64,000 nt of DNA from an uncultured delta proteobacterium (GCA_963716725.1 CAVQUB010000034.1:32001-96000); one strand, 5' to 3'. Positions 1 through 11,450 are shown, numbered from the stretch's first letter. Notes: generated from the sequence alone by a model not told the origin. Program-made: numbers and translations.

Positions 1-602
1 CGCTGACCCGCTGCCTGCTCGGGTGCCATGTAGGTGACCGTGCCGATTGCGACTCCCGTGGCGGTCTTGAGGGTGTCCACGCCGGCGTCCAGCAGCCGCG
101 CGATGCCGAAGTCGAGCACCTTCACGCGGCCGTCGTCTGTGACGAACAGGTTTGCCGGCTTCAGGTCTCGGTGGATGACCGCTCGGTCGTGCGCGGCCGC
201 CAAGACATCGAGCACCTGGTCCACGTACTCGAGCAACGCATCGAGCGAGACCCCTTCGCTTCGACTCGCCAGTTCCGCCAACGTGCTGCCGTGAAGCAGC
301 TCCATCGCCAGAAACGGCCGGCCGTCGTCCGCCAGCCCGTGATCGATCACCTGCACGACGCCCTTGTGTCCGATGTCGCCTGCGACTTCCACCTCACGCC
401 AAAAGCGAGCCAGCAAATCGGGATCGCTGGCCACACCCGCGTGCAGGATCTTCACCGCCGCCGGCACGCCAGCGGGTGACTGGGCCGCAAAAACCTCTGC
501 CATACCGCCCCGCCCGAGCGGCTCCCCGATCAACCACTTTCCAGCACGGCGCGCGATGGCGCGAGCATAGCTCCATCGGGTCTTCTCGCGTTCGATGCCC
601 AA
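1..602 (-). CDS. Ser/Thr protein kinase (Hanks type), N-terminal part; runs off the window edge
   Basis: Manual minus-strand translation (not in the ORF track): LGRGGMAEVF, AVKIL, HRDLKPANLF, VKVLDFGIAR, GTVTYMAPEQ. Start uncertain (TTG at 602 is tentative). Confidence 0.9.
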   Translation of the reverse strand, partial: MGIEREKTRWSYARAIARRAGKWLIGEPLGRGGMAEVFAAQSPAGVPAAVKILHAGVASDPDLLARFWREVEVAGDIGHKGVVQVIDHGLADDGRPFLAMELLHGSTLAELASRSEGVSLDALLEYVDQVLDVLAAAHDRAVIHRDLKPANLFVTDDGRVKVLDFGIARLLDAGVDTLKTATGVAIGTVTYMAPEQAAGQ

Positions 603-835
603 AGCCCCAATGCCGGGGGCACCTGGCGCTCGCGCGCGCTTCGCCCAGTAGATCGAGTCCTCGGATGGACCAACACGGGTCGCCACTGTGGCTTTCGGAT
701 CGTGGACGACGGTTCGCAGCCCAAAAGCAAGGTATTGCCGCTCGGAGCGACCTGCGACAAGGTGAATGCGGACGACGGCGGCAAGATCGACCTCGTGGTC
801 GCTTGCCAGACCAAGGCCGCCCCGCCGCCAAAGTG

Positions 836-1351
836 ATGCGACCCTACTGGCTCTTTGCTCTCGCGGCGGCTGCCTGCAGCCTGTCGTCGTCACTGGACGA
901 TCTTCGCGGCGGCGCCGACTCGGACGGCGGCAGCGGAGTCGGCGGCACGGACGGCGGCGCCGGCACGGGCAGCGCGGGCGGCACGGATGGCGGGGGCACC
1001 GGAGGCGCTGACGGCAGCGCAACCGGAGGCACTGACGGCAGCGCAACCGGAGGGACCGGCGGCACCAATCCGTGGCCCGACGCGGCCGATCCCTGCGCGA
1101 CTGCGGCGAAGTGCACCGAGTGTTGTTCCACTTCGCACGTGGAAGGTCAGCAGCAGTTCAACAAGACCATCGCAATCTGCGTGTGCGGAGATCCGAACTG
1201 CGCGCAGGCTTGCTCGGAGTTCTGCGGCGGCGGCCAGATCTCGACGGAGTGCAGCGCCTGCGTCTCGTCGCAAAGCGTGCAGGCCTGCATCGGCAGCACC
1301 TGCTCGTCGGCGGCGTGCTCCGGTTACACGAGCTGCGTCGCGGGCTGTTGA
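836..1351 (+). CDS. Secreted lipoprotein with Gly/Thr-rich linker and Cys-rich C-terminal domain
   Basis: MRPYWLFALAAAAC lipobox, GGTDG repeats, Cys-rich C-terminus; in frame with ORF 476..1351. Confidence 0.75.
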   Translation: MRPYWLFALAAAACSLSSSLDDLRGGADSDGGSGVGGTDGGAGTGSAGGTDGGGTGGADGSATGGTDGSATGGTGGTNPWPDAADPCATAAKCTECCSTSHVEGQQQFNKTIAICVCGDPNCAQACSEFCGGGQISTECSACVSSQSVQACIGSTCSSAACSGYTSCVAGC

Positions 1352-1391
1352 CCACGCTGGGGCCCGCTCCGGGCGCGGCACCCCCGATCAG

Positions 1392-2459
1392 TCAACCCAG
1401 TCCGCGGTCGTCGGCCGTCGCGTCAATCCTCGCCGCCGCCAACATCCCGCAGGCTGCGTGGGTCTCCGCGCCACCCGAATACCGGCGCACAATCGGCGCT
1501 TTCAGGATCTGAAGCGCATCCATGAACGCGCGGCGCTCGGCGTCGCTGGCCGGAGCGAAGCCACCCGGCCGAGCGTCGTTCACGTCGATCAGGTTGATGC
1601 GCAGATCCATGGCGCCGAACAGGCGCTGGATCTGCTCGACCTCGGCCGCATCGGTGTTCACTCCGCCGAGCAGCACCATGGCCAGGGTGAGCCGACCGTG
1701 CTTCGCTCCTGACCAGTATTCACGCACGGCCGCGGCGAGCTCTTCCAGGGGAACGCGCCCGGCCACCGGCAACAGACGCTGGCGACGCTCGGCGATGGCG
1801 CTGGTGAGCGAGATGATCAGGCGGTAGGGGTGGCGCTCGGCGGCGAAGCGCCGGATCTGAGGCACCAGGCCCACGGTCGAGATCGTGATCGAGCGGCCCG
1901 AGACGCGGCCGCCGCAGGGGTGCGACAGCAGACGTGCGGCGCGAATCACGTTCTCGTAGTTCTGAAGGGGCTCGCCCTGCCCTTGGAAGAGCGCGCCCAC
2001 GATGCGACCTTTAGCCTCGTCGCGGACGGTGAGGAACGCCGAGATCATCTCCCAGGTCTCGAGGTTGCGCGTGAGCCCCAAGCGACCCGTGGCGCAGAAC
2101 GCGCACTGCATGGCACAGCCGACCTGCGACGAGAGGCACACGCTGAAGCGCCCGGGTTTCTCCAAAGGGATGCGCACCGCCTCCGAGAGCGCGCCGTCAG
2201 GGGATCGGAACAGGTACTTCACGAAGCCATCGCTCGGATTCTCGATCCGCTCCAGCAGCTCGAGCCGATGCGAGTCGAAGTCGCGGGCGACGGCCGCCTG
2301 CTTGAGCTTCGAGAGCGGTTGCTTGGGCGGCGGCGCCGTCGGCGGGTCGAAGGTCTGCGCCAGCAGACGGCGAGCCTCCGCGTCGCTCAGCCCGGTTCCG
2401 GATCGGCGGAGGTGCTCGACGAGATCCGCCGGGAGCTGCCCGAGCAGATGGGGTCTCAC
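1392..2459 (-). CDS. RlmN/Cfr-family radical SAM RNA methyltransferase-like protein (divergent paralog)
   Basis: VCLSSQVGCAMQCAFCATG (CX3CX2C), ITISTVG, C-terminal AACG; QGQGEP in place of the usual MGMGEP; start overlaps the stop of the upstream VWA gene. Confidence 0.85.
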   Translation of the reverse strand: MRPHLLGQLPADLVEHLRRSGTGLSDAEARRLLAQTFDPPTAPPPKQPLSKLKQAAVARDFDSHRLELLERIENPSDGFVKYLFRSPDGALSEAVRIPLEKPGRFSVCLSSQVGCAMQCAFCATGRLGLTRNLETWEMISAFLTVRDEAKGRIVGALFQGQGEPLQNYENVIRAARLLSHPCGGRVSGRSITISTVGLVPQIRRFAAERHPYRLIISLTSAIAERRQRLLPVAGRVPLEELAAAVREYWSGAKHGRLTLAMVLLGGVNTDAAEVEQIQRLFGAMDLRINLIDVNDARPGGFAPASDAERRAFMDALQILKAPIVRRYSGGAETHAACGMLAAARIDATADDRGLG

Positions 2460-5242
2460 GAGGCGCGGCGCTTCTTGGGAACGAACTTGCGATCGAAGAT
2501 CCGAATGCGTCGCACCAGCAGATCCAGCAAGAACATGGCGATGGCCGCCATGATGAAGCGGCTCCAGAGCTGCTCGAAGTAGACGATCTTCTCACCGGCG
2601 GGGTCAAAGACCTCCTTCGGCTCGGGATCGACCCTGCCGCCGCCCGCCAGCGCCGCCCGGCTCAGGCGCTCGATGTCCGGCTCGAAGCTGGCGTACTCGC
2701 GCGGGTACGGGTTCGAGACGTGGCCGAAGCTCTGCCCCACGTTCGAGATCTCGCCCTTCTTGTTCACCTTGTTGTGCTCGGCTCGGAGCAAGAACGATCC
2801 GTACTTCTCCAGCTGGAAATCTGCCTCGTAGCGCCCCGGCGCAGTCTGTTTCATGGGCAGCTCGCGCCGCTCGCCGCCGGGCTCCGGACCGATCACGAAC
2901 AGTTTGCTCTCGATCTCGTTGTCGAATCGCTCATCGACCGTGAAGGCGTCGACCACGGCGTGCACCTTGCCGCCGACAACCTCGGTCTTCATGTCCAACT
3001 CGCGCCGGTGTTTGTGGCGCATGTGCTCGCGCACCAGCTGGCCCCAGAACTTGCCGAAGCCCGCCCAGCGGATCCAGTCGACGGCCCACAGGTTCTTGAC
3101 GTCGCTGGTCCACGCCAGGGTCTGGCCGAGGCCCACGCGCCAGCGCGCCAAGATCGGCTCTCCGGTGTCCGAGGCCAGGATCAGCTGCGCCGGCGCCTCC
3201 TTCATCTGCGTCGCGACGTAGCCGTGCAAGAGCGGCGCGGATCCGATCGAGATGCCCTTGAGGAAGTCGGCTTGGTGCACGACCTGCACCGGGAACCACT
3301 CTTCGACGGCCGCTTGTCGCGCGATCATCTCGGTCTCTCGCGTGAAGACCTTGACCAGGCTGTTCGGGTCTGGGACCGCGTGGTACCGGCCGCCTCCGGT
3401 GTCGGCGAGCATGCGCAAGAGTTCATGATCCGCGCCGTCGCCGAGGCCGACGGTGGTCAGAGTGATGCTCTCCGCGAGCATCGCCTGAGCGACGTCTTTC
3501 AGACCCTGCACCGGCGCCCGCCCGTCCGTGAGCACGATCACGTGCTTCTTGCGCGCCTGCACCACCGAGATGTCCTGATAGGCCATGTCGAGCCCAGGGA
3601 AGATCTCGGTGCCGCCGCCGGGCTGAATGCGCGCGATCTCGTTGTTGATCCGGCTGCGGTAGCGCGCGGGCTGGAACTTCACGTAGCGAATAGGCGTGGA
3701 ATCGAAGGCGATGACCTCGATCAGATCGTCTCCTTCGAGGGTGGCCACGGTGGCCTTGCAGGCGGCCTTGGCCATCTCCATCGGCAGCCCGGTCATCGAC
3801 CCGGAACGATCGATGACCAGCGCCATGGCGACGCTCGGCATCTCCTTCTTGCGCTCGGCGTCCATGCGCACGGGCAAGATGCGTTCGACGGTGGTGCGCG
3901 CCCAACCGCCAAGGCCATATCCCGCCTCGCCGCCCGCGAACAAGAAGCCGCCGCCCAGGTCGCGCACGTACTTCTCGAGCAGATCTTGCGATGCTTCGCC
4001 GAAGGCCTCGCGCGCCACGTCGGAGACGATCACGAAGTCGTAGCGTTCGAGCTCCTTCACGCTGCTCGGAAAGGCGGTGGGCGTGCGCACGTCCACGTCG
4101 AACTGCTGCGCGGTCAGCGCGCCCGAGAGATAGGTCGCGCGCTGGGGCTGACCTTCGACGTAGAGCACCGTGGGGCGGCCTGGCACGTCGACGGTGACGG
4201 CGTACTGGTTGTTCTCGGAGAACTTGTCGTCCTTGATGTCCTGCAGCTTCAGCGCGTAGGTCACCTGGCCACCGACGCGCACCACGCTCTTGAACTTGAT
4301 CTCGTTGTCGCCGGGCTCGAGCTCGAGGTCGCGCACGCCGTCGAGCCCGTTCAGCGCCTCACCCTGATAGAGCTGCGCGCGGGCCTTGGTCTTCCGGCTC
4401 GAGTACACCTTGGCCACCACCTCGAAGGGCTGGCCGATGTCCACCTTCTCGGGCACCTGGACGTGCCGCAACGCCACCTCGCCGGGCGGGGGGCGGCGGT
4501 AGGGCACGGTGAATACCTTCACGTCGAAGCCGCGGGCGCGATTGGCCTCAGCCAGCATATCGCCGTCGGTCTCGACGCCGTCGGTCACGATCACGGCTCG
4601 CTTGAGGTACCCCGGGGGGAAGACGCCGTAGGCCAGCTGCATCGCCGCCTGCACGTCGCTGCCGCCCCCGGGTTTGTCGACGCCGAGCTTCTCGAGGGCC
4701 TCTTTGGTGCCGTGACGCAGCTCTTCGATGCTCGGCACCGTGGGCTGGCCGCCGTCCTCGCCCATGTCGACGAGACGGGGGCGCTTGGCGAAGGTGATCA
4801 GGCGAACCACGTCGTCCTTGCCCCGCGCCGCGAGGGCGTCTTGGAGGACCTTGCGTGCGTCTTCGAGCGACGGATCTTCCACCGAGTCGCTGACGTCGAC
4901 CACGAACACCGTCGCCACCTTCTGGGTCTCGGCGGTGCGCGCGAGTCGCGCCAATCCCAAGGAAATGAGCGCGATGAAGGCCACGCGAAAGAGCACCGCC
5001 ATGATGCGCTGCTGCCAGGGCAGATCCGCGAGCGATCGGCCGAGCACGAACAAGAGCAGCGGCGCGATCAAGATCAACCCGAGGGTGCGGGGCTCGAGCA
5101 GCTCGTAGTTCTTGCCCTCGCGCATCCACTTGTAAGCGGGCGCTTGGGGGCCAACCACGTAGCGCTGGTAGGCCCACAAGAGCAGCGCGCCGACCGCTAC
5201 GATGAACAGGCCCCACAGGACCTTGCGGACGCGCGGCGTCAT
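2456..5242 (-). CDS. Membrane protein with two VWA domains and a GATase-like domain
   Basis: MIDAS motifs DVSDS and DRSGSM, TDG motifs, N- and C-terminal TM helices; ATG 5242 overlaps the upstream stop (ATGA). Confidence 0.85.
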   Translation of the reverse strand: MTPRVRKVLWGLFIVAVGALLLWAYQRYVVGPQAPAYKWMREGKNYELLEPRTLGLILIAPLLLFVLGRSLADLPWQQRIMAVLFRVAFIALISLGLARLARTAETQKVATVFVVDVSDSVEDPSLEDARKVLQDALAARGKDDVVRLITFAKRPRLVDMGEDGGQPTVPSIEELRHGTKEALEKLGVDKPGGGSDVQAAMQLAYGVFPPGYLKRAVIVTDGVETDGDMLAEANRARGFDVKVFTVPYRRPPPGEVALRHVQVPEKVDIGQPFEVVAKVYSSRKTKARAQLYQGEALNGLDGVRDLELEPGDNEIKFKSVVRVGGQVTYALKLQDIKDDKFSENNQYAVTVDVPGRPTVLYVEGQPQRATYLSGALTAQQFDVDVRTPTAFPSSVKELERYDFVIVSDVAREAFGEASQDLLEKYVRDLGGGFLFAGGEAGYGLGGWARTTVERILPVRMDAERKKEMPSVAMALVIDRSGSMTGLPMEMAKAACKATVATLEGDDLIEVIAFDSTPIRYVKFQPARYRSRINNEIARIQPGGGTEIFPGLDMAYQDISVVQARKKHVIVLTDGRAPVQGLKDVAQAMLAESITLTTVGLGDGADHELLRMLADTGGGRYHAVPDPNSLVKVFTRETEMIARQAAVEEWFPVQVVHQADFLKGISIGSAPLLHGYVATQMKEAPAQLILASDTGEPILARWRVGLGQTLAWTSDVKNLWAVDWIRWAGFGKFWGQLVREHMRHKHRRELDMKTEVVGGKVHAVVDAFTVDERFDNEIESKLFVIGPEPGGERRELPMKQTAPGRYEADFQLEKYGSFLLRAEHNKVNKKGEISNVGQSFGHVSNPYPREYASFEPDIERLSRAALAGGGRVDPEPKEVFDPAGEKIVYFEQLWSRFIMAAIAMFLLDLLVRRIRIFDRKFVPKKRRAS

Positions 5243-7125
5243 ACCGTGAGCCTCTTGTGGTAGGTGAACCACTCGATGGTGGAGACGATCACCGCGGCCA
5301 GCAGCAGGTAGAGCCAGATCTCACGGCGCATGCCCGGGTCGAAGCCGCTGGGCAGCGCCGCCGGCTTTCCGCCGAGCTCCAGGGTGTCGGCGGGTTTGAT
5401 CCGGCTCTCGTCGATGTTGCTCAAGTTTGCGGCGAACATGCTGGTGGTCGGCTCGGGCTCGGTTTGAATCGTGAGCTCGTAGAAGCCCGCTTGGTCGCCC
5501 AGGTACACCGCGCGCCCCTCCTTGATGGGGATGCGATGCGTCTTGCCGTCGGGCGCCTTCAGCGTCGCGACCTCCGCGCCGCTGGGCGCGGGGATATTCC
5601 AAACGTCGCCCGTGAAGAACGAAGAGACGTAGCTGGTGTCCTCTTCGATGAAGTCGTTGATGGTGTTGAGCACGAAGAGCGGCCAGGCCACGCGCAGCAC
5701 GAAATCGCTGTCGCGCGGGTCGAAGCCCAGCGCGACGAACTTGCGACCGCCGCGGCGGCCGGAGACGAGGATAGGCCCCGCTTCGCTGGCGCCGATCACT
5801 TTGTCGTCTTTTTCGGGCTTGAACGCGAAGCCCTTGGCCACCTGAATGTCGCCCATGCTCATCCAGCGCACGATGGGGTGCTTCTTGTCCCAGACGTCGA
5901 AGCCAAAGCCCTCGATGCCGCGGGCGTGCTTCACCGGCCCACCTTCGGCGGGCGGGTTCAGGTACAGCGAGCCGCCGGTGTTCTGGGCGAGCGGCGGCGC
6001 AACCCCGTCGAAGATGGTCACGTCGAAGTTGCCGGCGGGCGGGTACTTCGACGGTGCCACGCTGGTCACGTCCAGGTACTCGTCGAGCAGCAGGGTCGCT
6101 TCCAGATAGGTATTGCCGGGCGTGACGACCAATACGCGGGCTCGGCGCCGCTCGGGCATCAGCGCGAAGGCGTGGTCGTCGGCGGCGAGGTCGTCGCTCT
6201 CGCCGCTGGCCAGCTTGATCTTGGCCTCGAGGGTGCGGCTAGCGCCGGCCAGATCCTTGTAGAAGCGCGGCAGCTTCTCGTTGCCCTGGAGCGAAAGCCG
6301 CGACACGTCCACGGTCTGGCCGTCGCCGATCAAGGTCAACTCGACGTCGACGGGCTCTTCGTTGGTGTTGGTGACCTCGAGCATCACCTCGTAGCGAGCT
6401 TTGTCGAGCGGATAGCGACGCACCGAGAAGCCCGTGATCGCCACGTTCTTGCCGCTCTTGCCCACCGGGACGTAGCGCACCTCGACTCCCTCGAAATCGA
6501 GGTGCTCCGAGATCTCCTTGGGATCTCCGACCGCGCCGTCGCTGACCAAGACGATTTCGGGCTTGGGCAGCCCGCGCAAGCTGTCGAGGGCAAAGCGCAG
6601 ACCACGCTTCACGTCTGCGCGGGTGTCCGTGGCGTGAAGCTGGTCGACAGCGACTTCGAGATCGCCGATTTCGCCGGTCATGGTCGACAGCGGCATGATG
6701 GCCGCGTCCATCTGGGCGATCAGCATGCGATCGGTGCCGCCGAGGCCCCGGACCAGCTTCTTGATCTCACGCTTGGCGTGGTCCATACGCGTGGGATCGA
6801 CGTCCTTGGCCTTCATGCTGGCGCTGGCGTCCACGAGCACCACCACGTTGCGCCCCTGAATCAGGCTGCCGGCGATGCGCGGGTCGCCGAGCGCGAGGAT
6901 CAGCAGTGCGAGCAACGCGAGTTGCAGCAGCAGCGAAAGCAAGCGCTTGAGGCGTGACCACCAGCTGGTCGCCTCTTTGTCGCGCAAGATGCGCTCCCAG
7001 ATCCGGCTGTAGGGCACTGCCACCGGCCGGCGACGCAGCTTCAGGATGTAGAAGAGCGTCGTCAGCCCACCGGCCACGGCTGCGATGGTGACGAGCGTCG
7101 CAAAGGGCAGACCGGCGAAGAGCAT
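5239..7125 (-). CDS. BatA-domain plus VWA-domain membrane protein
   Basis: N-terminal BatA-like segment (YILKLRRR...SLLLQLALLALLILALGDP), DASASM MIDAS motif, C-terminal TM ending IEW. Confidence 0.85.
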   Translation of the reverse strand: MLFAGLPFATLVTIAAVAGGLTTLFYILKLRRRPVAVPYSRIWERILRDKEATSWWSRLKRLLSLLLQLALLALLILALGDPRIAGSLIQGRNVVVLVDASASMKAKDVDPTRMDHAKREIKKLVRGLGGTDRMLIAQMDAAIMPLSTMTGEIGDLEVAVDQLHATDTRADVKRGLRFALDSLRGLPKPEIVLVSDGAVGDPKEISEHLDFEGVEVRYVPVGKSGKNVAITGFSVRRYPLDKARYEVMLEVTNTNEEPVDVELTLIGDGQTVDVSRLSLQGNEKLPRFYKDLAGASRTLEAKIKLASGESDDLAADDHAFALMPERRRARVLVVTPGNTYLEATLLLDEYLDVTSVAPSKYPPAGNFDVTIFDGVAPPLAQNTGGSLYLNPPAEGGPVKHARGIEGFGFDVWDKKHPIVRWMSMGDIQVAKGFAFKPEKDDKVIGASEAGPILVSGRRGGRKFVALGFDPRDSDFVLRVAWPLFVLNTINDFIEEDTSYVSSFFTGDVWNIPAPSGAEVATLKAPDGKTHRIPIKEGRAVYLGDQAGFYELTIQTEPEPTTSMFAANLSNIDESRIKPADTLELGGKPAALPSGFDPGMRREIWLYLLLAAVIVSTIEWFTYHKRLTV

Positions 7126-8097
7126 CAGCGCAGGAACCCTCCGCGCCGGAACACACCGAGCACCAACTCATCGAAGGACGTGTCGACGTCAGCCGCAAAA
7201 TAGGGAACCTGGTTCTTGGTGCAGAAACGCTCGACCTCGTCTTTGTAGTCGTTCCAGGCCCGCTCCATGCGCTCCAGCATCTTCGCCGTCACCGTCACTT
7301 CGCGCTCGTCGCCGGTCTCGCAGTCGTAGATGCGCACGTCGCCCTTGAGCGTGGGGCGAGCCTCCGCGGGGTCGACGATGTGCAGCACGTAGGGCTCGAA
7401 CTTGTTGTAGCGAAGCACGTTGATCCCGTCCTCGAAGCCCGCCGGATCGTACAGGTCGCTGATCAGCACCGCGAGCCCGCGCCGTTTGTGTTGAGCGACG
7501 AAGGTCTTGAGGCTGTCCTCGAGGCCAGTTTGACCGTCGCACTGGGACCGCCGGAGGAAGTCGAAGACCTTGAAGATGCGGCCCTTGCCCCGGGTGGTGG
7601 GCATGCGCGCGACGATCTCGTCGGTGGTGGTCACGATCGTCACTCGGTCCAAGTTGGCGAGACCGACGTAGGCCAGCGCCGCGGCAAGACGCCGCGCTTG
7701 GTCGAATTTCTTTCCGTCGCCAAAGCCCATGCTCGTGGAGCAGTCGACGATGAAGTAGATGCTGAGATCTTCTTCTTCTTCGTAGAGCCGCACCAGCAGG
7801 CGGCCGAAGCGCTGGTAGACGTTCCAGTCGACGTTGCGGAAGTCGTCGTCCGGCGGTGTAGTCGCGGTGATCGGCGAACTCGATGCCGCTGCCCTTCTTC
7901 TTGGTGCGGCGGTCGGCGCGCTGGCGCCCGGCAAACACGCGGCGGCTGACGATGGCCAGGACTTCGAGCTTCTTCTGGAACTCGTCGTCGAAGAGATCTG
8001 CCTTCTCGGGCTTGTGGGCGCCGAAACGGCGCGGACCGGGCCTAGTCGCCGGGAAACCGGCGCGGTCGCGCGCTTGAAGACGTCGAGGATTCGCCAT
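7125..8097 (-). CDS. DUF58 family protein, split by a frameshift near 7850 (probable sequencing error)
   Basis: ORF 7189..8097 gives GSGIEFADHRDYTAG; ORF 7125..7934 continues DDFRNVDWNVY...DCSTSM...ISDLYD; together they give one DUF58 protein. Confidence 0.85.
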
Positions 8098-8113
8098 GCT
8101 CGGGGCCGACGGC

Positions 8114-9115
<1,002 letters not shown>

Positions 9116-9198
9116 CTGCCCTCGTGTGGGTGCGTGAGTGGTCTCGTTCCGGTGGGCTGAGCGCGCACCGACCGTCGTTCGTCATCGATCGGCGCGCA

Positions 9199-11148
9199 TC
9201 ACTCCCTGGGTCGAATCAGCTGGAAGTAACGCTGAACGTAGAAGCGATACCCCGGCGGGATCTGGTCTTCGTTCATGACGCGCTCGGCGACGGTCTTGTA
9301 GTCCGTGTACACCTTCTTGTAGCCGCGACCGACGAAGCCGCGCTGGGCCGCTCCGTAAATCACCTGGGTCGACGCGCCGCCCTGACCGGTGTCCGCCGCC
9401 GCTGCGGTCACGTCTTTGGTGCTGCCCTTCAGGTGGCTCGCTTCGCCCTTCAGGTTTTCGTCGTGGCCGGTTCCCCAACTCTCGCCGCCCTTGCCCGCGC
9501 CTTGCCCGGGTTTGTCCCCGGCGCCTTCGCCCTGGCCTTCGCCCTGGCCCTGGCCTTGGCCCTGACCTTGGCCTTGGCCCTGGCCTTGGCCCATTCCGGG
9601 CATGGGCACGCTCTTCCCGCCCGATCCGGGCCCGATCATCATGTCGCCCTCGCCCTCGCCGGGCTTCATGCCTTGGCCCTTCTTGCCCTGGCCTTGGCCT
9701 TCTTCGCCCTCGCCCTGCTTGCCGCCTTTGCCGCCGCGGGCCTTCTGGCCGAACTTGAGCATGCGCTGCATGCGCTCTTTGCCGCCCTTGCCCTGCTGGC
9801 GCATCACCTCGCGCATCTCTTGTAGGCGCCGGCGCAGCTCTTCTTTCTCCTTATCCGACATCTCTTCTTGCGCCATGCGGTTGAGATCTTCGGCGGCCTT
9901 CTCGAAGTCTTCGGCCGAGGCTCCCATCTCTTTGAGCAGGTCTTCGGCGGCCTTTGCCAGTTCCCGGTCGAGCTTCGAGAGCTGACGCTGCGAACGCTTG
10001 GCCTGGTCCTTCTCACGGTCGAGGCGTTCGAGCTGACGCTCTTTCTTCTTGAGCAGGCTCTTGTCGCTCTCGGAAAGTCCGCCGTCGTTCTCTTGCTTCT
10101 TCTTGAGTAGACGATCCCGCTCCTCCTCGGCCTTCTTGCGCTCGGCCTCGAGCTTCTTCAGGTTCTCCGCGCTCTTCTCGCTGGCCTTCTTCACGGCTTC
10201 GCGAAGCTTCTCGAGCTGCTCTTTCGTTGGCGGGTTCTTCTTGTTCTTCAGCTTCTCCGCCAGCTCGCGCATCGCCTTCTCGGCGTCCGCCAGGTTCTTC
10301 TGCTTCATGGCCTCGGCAACGGGCTTGGCGAGATCGCTCTTTTCGAGCTCTTTCGCCAGGTTTGCCAGGCCGTCTTCCAAGGCTTCTTTGTCGGCTTCAG
10401 CGCCCTTCATCAGCTGCCGCTCGAGCTCTTCGAGTCGCTTGAAGACCTCGCTGCGATCCAGGCGCTTGTCGGCGATGTCTTCGATCAGCTGATTGAAGCG
10501 GCGCACCGCGGTTTGGACTTCCGGGTCCTGGCTCTTGTCCTCGAGCTCCTTCGCCATGTCCTTGAACAGCTCGAGATCGTCCGGGCTCATGACCATGGGG
10601 TCAAAACTCTTGTCGGGTGGCAGGATCTTCGTCGTGCGCACCTCGAGCAGCGCGACCGCGACCAGACCCGCGATCAAGAGACCGACCACGGGCAGCTCGC
10701 GCGGCACGTGGAAGGGCGCGGCGCGGCGCGGCCGAAGCTCCTTGGCGTTCACCACCGCGTCTTCGATGGCGACCTTCATCAAGAGTGTGCGGTCGGTGTC
10801 GGGCAGCTCCGAGAAGCTGATGGCGTTCGTAATGCGATCGTGGAGCCCATGATAGCGGTCGAGGGCCAGCGCGCCGTGGTGCTTGGGCCGCGCTCGCAGC
10901 CAGGCGTGGGCGGCGCCCACCAAGAAGACCAAGAGCGGAACGACGCCGGCGAAGCCCAGCGTCTGGATGGTGTCGGCGGCCGGTCGCGCGACCTTGATGT
11001 AGGTCAGCGCACCAACCCCGTAGAGCAGCGGGACCGGCACGAGCAAGAACGCGCGGGAGAGAGTCTGGTCGATGCGCAGGCGGACTGCGGTCCAGCGTGC
11101 GGTGCGGCGCAGACTCGAAAGGGAGGCTTCGCGGTCGGACGGGTTCAC
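9199..11148 (-). CDS. Membrane-anchored long coiled-coil protein with (GQ)n tract; first gene of the MoxR operon
   Basis: Three TM segments, a long E/K-rich coiled coil, a GQ-repeat region, and C-terminal IPPGYRFYVQRYFQLI of the type found in MoxR-operon coiled-coil proteins. Confidence 0.75.
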   Translation of the reverse strand: MNPSDREASLSSLRRTARWTAVRLRIDQTLSRAFLLVPVPLLYGVGALTYIKVARPAADTIQTLGFAGVVPLLVFLVGAAHAWLRARPKHHGALALDRYHGLHDRITNAISFSELPDTDRTLLMKVAIEDAVVNAKELRPRRAAPFHVPRELPVVGLLIAGLVAVALLEVRTTKILPPDKSFDPMVMSPDDLELFKDMAKELEDKSQDPEVQTAVRRFNQLIEDIADKRLDRSEVFKRLEELERQLMKGAEADKEALEDGLANLAKELEKSDLAKPVAEAMKQKNLADAEKAMRELAEKLKNKKNPPTKEQLEKLREAVKKASEKSAENLKKLEAERKKAEEERDRLLKKKQENDGGLSESDKSLLKKKERQLERLDREKDQAKRSQRQLSKLDRELAKAAEDLLKEMGASAEDFEKAAEDLNRMAQEEMSDKEKEELRRRLQEMREVMRQQGKGGKERMQRMLKFGQKARGGKGGKQGEGEEGQGQGKKGQGMKPGEGEGDMMIGPGSGGKSVPMPGMGQGQGQGQGQGQGQGQGEGQGEGAGDKPGQGAGKGGESWGTGHDENLKGEASHLKGSTKDVTAAAADTGQGGASTQVIYGAAQRGFVGRGYKKVYTDYKTVAERVMNEDQIPPGYRFYVQRYFQLIRPRE

Positions 11149-11161
11149 GTGGGGCTCTCGA

Positions 11162-11189
11162 CTTGACGGTTGTAACGCACGAAAGTTCC
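11162..11189 (-). promoter_or_regulatory. sigmaE-type ECF promoter for the MoxR/VWA operon
   Basis: Minus strand GGAACTT-N16-TCAAG, 13 nt upstream of GTG 11148; matches the RpoE-type consensus GGAACTT-N16-TCAAA. Confidence 0.6.
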
Positions 11190-11246
11190 GTCTGCTTTCG
11201 CCGGGGCAGACAGCGAGGGCTCATGGTAGCGCGTCCGGCCGGTCCG

Positions 11247-11450
11247 AGGGCGGTCCCTCGCGCACCTCGGGGCCAGCCCGAAGGCCTGAGAGATCGCGGG
11301 GTTAGCCGGTGATTGACGCCAGATGCTGGTGTTCATGGACCCCGCGACGCGCGGGCGCGATGCCCGACGGGCCGACGGGGTGGAAGGCCTCGACCTTGGA
11401 GGGGAAGGCGGCCGGTCGGCCTCGAGGGGCACTTCGCCCGGGGCCGCCTT
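11247..11450 (+). ncRNA. Candidate structured RNA (~200 nt), family not recognised
   Basis: Nested helices 11247-57/11440-50, 11265-74/11418-27, 11282-87/11385-90, 11294-303/11338-47, 11315-22/11326-33; all non-Watson-Crick pairs are G-U on the + strand. Confidence 0.45.

Noticed and set aside
1392..2459. Calling the gene cfr (resistance) or plain rlmN
   Set aside because: The motifs deviate from the canonical family, and the two cannot be told apart without a phylogeny.
2720..5263. Long antisense ORFs (for example 2720..5263, 5257..6957, 16380..18587, 32041..34293, and most of 56481..58955)
   Set aside because: Shadow ORFs opposite well-supported genes, expected in high-GC3 DNA; no recognisable motifs.
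7840..7860. Programmed ribosomal frameshift in DUF58
   Set aside because: No slippery sequence, and several neighbouring indels point to sequencing error.
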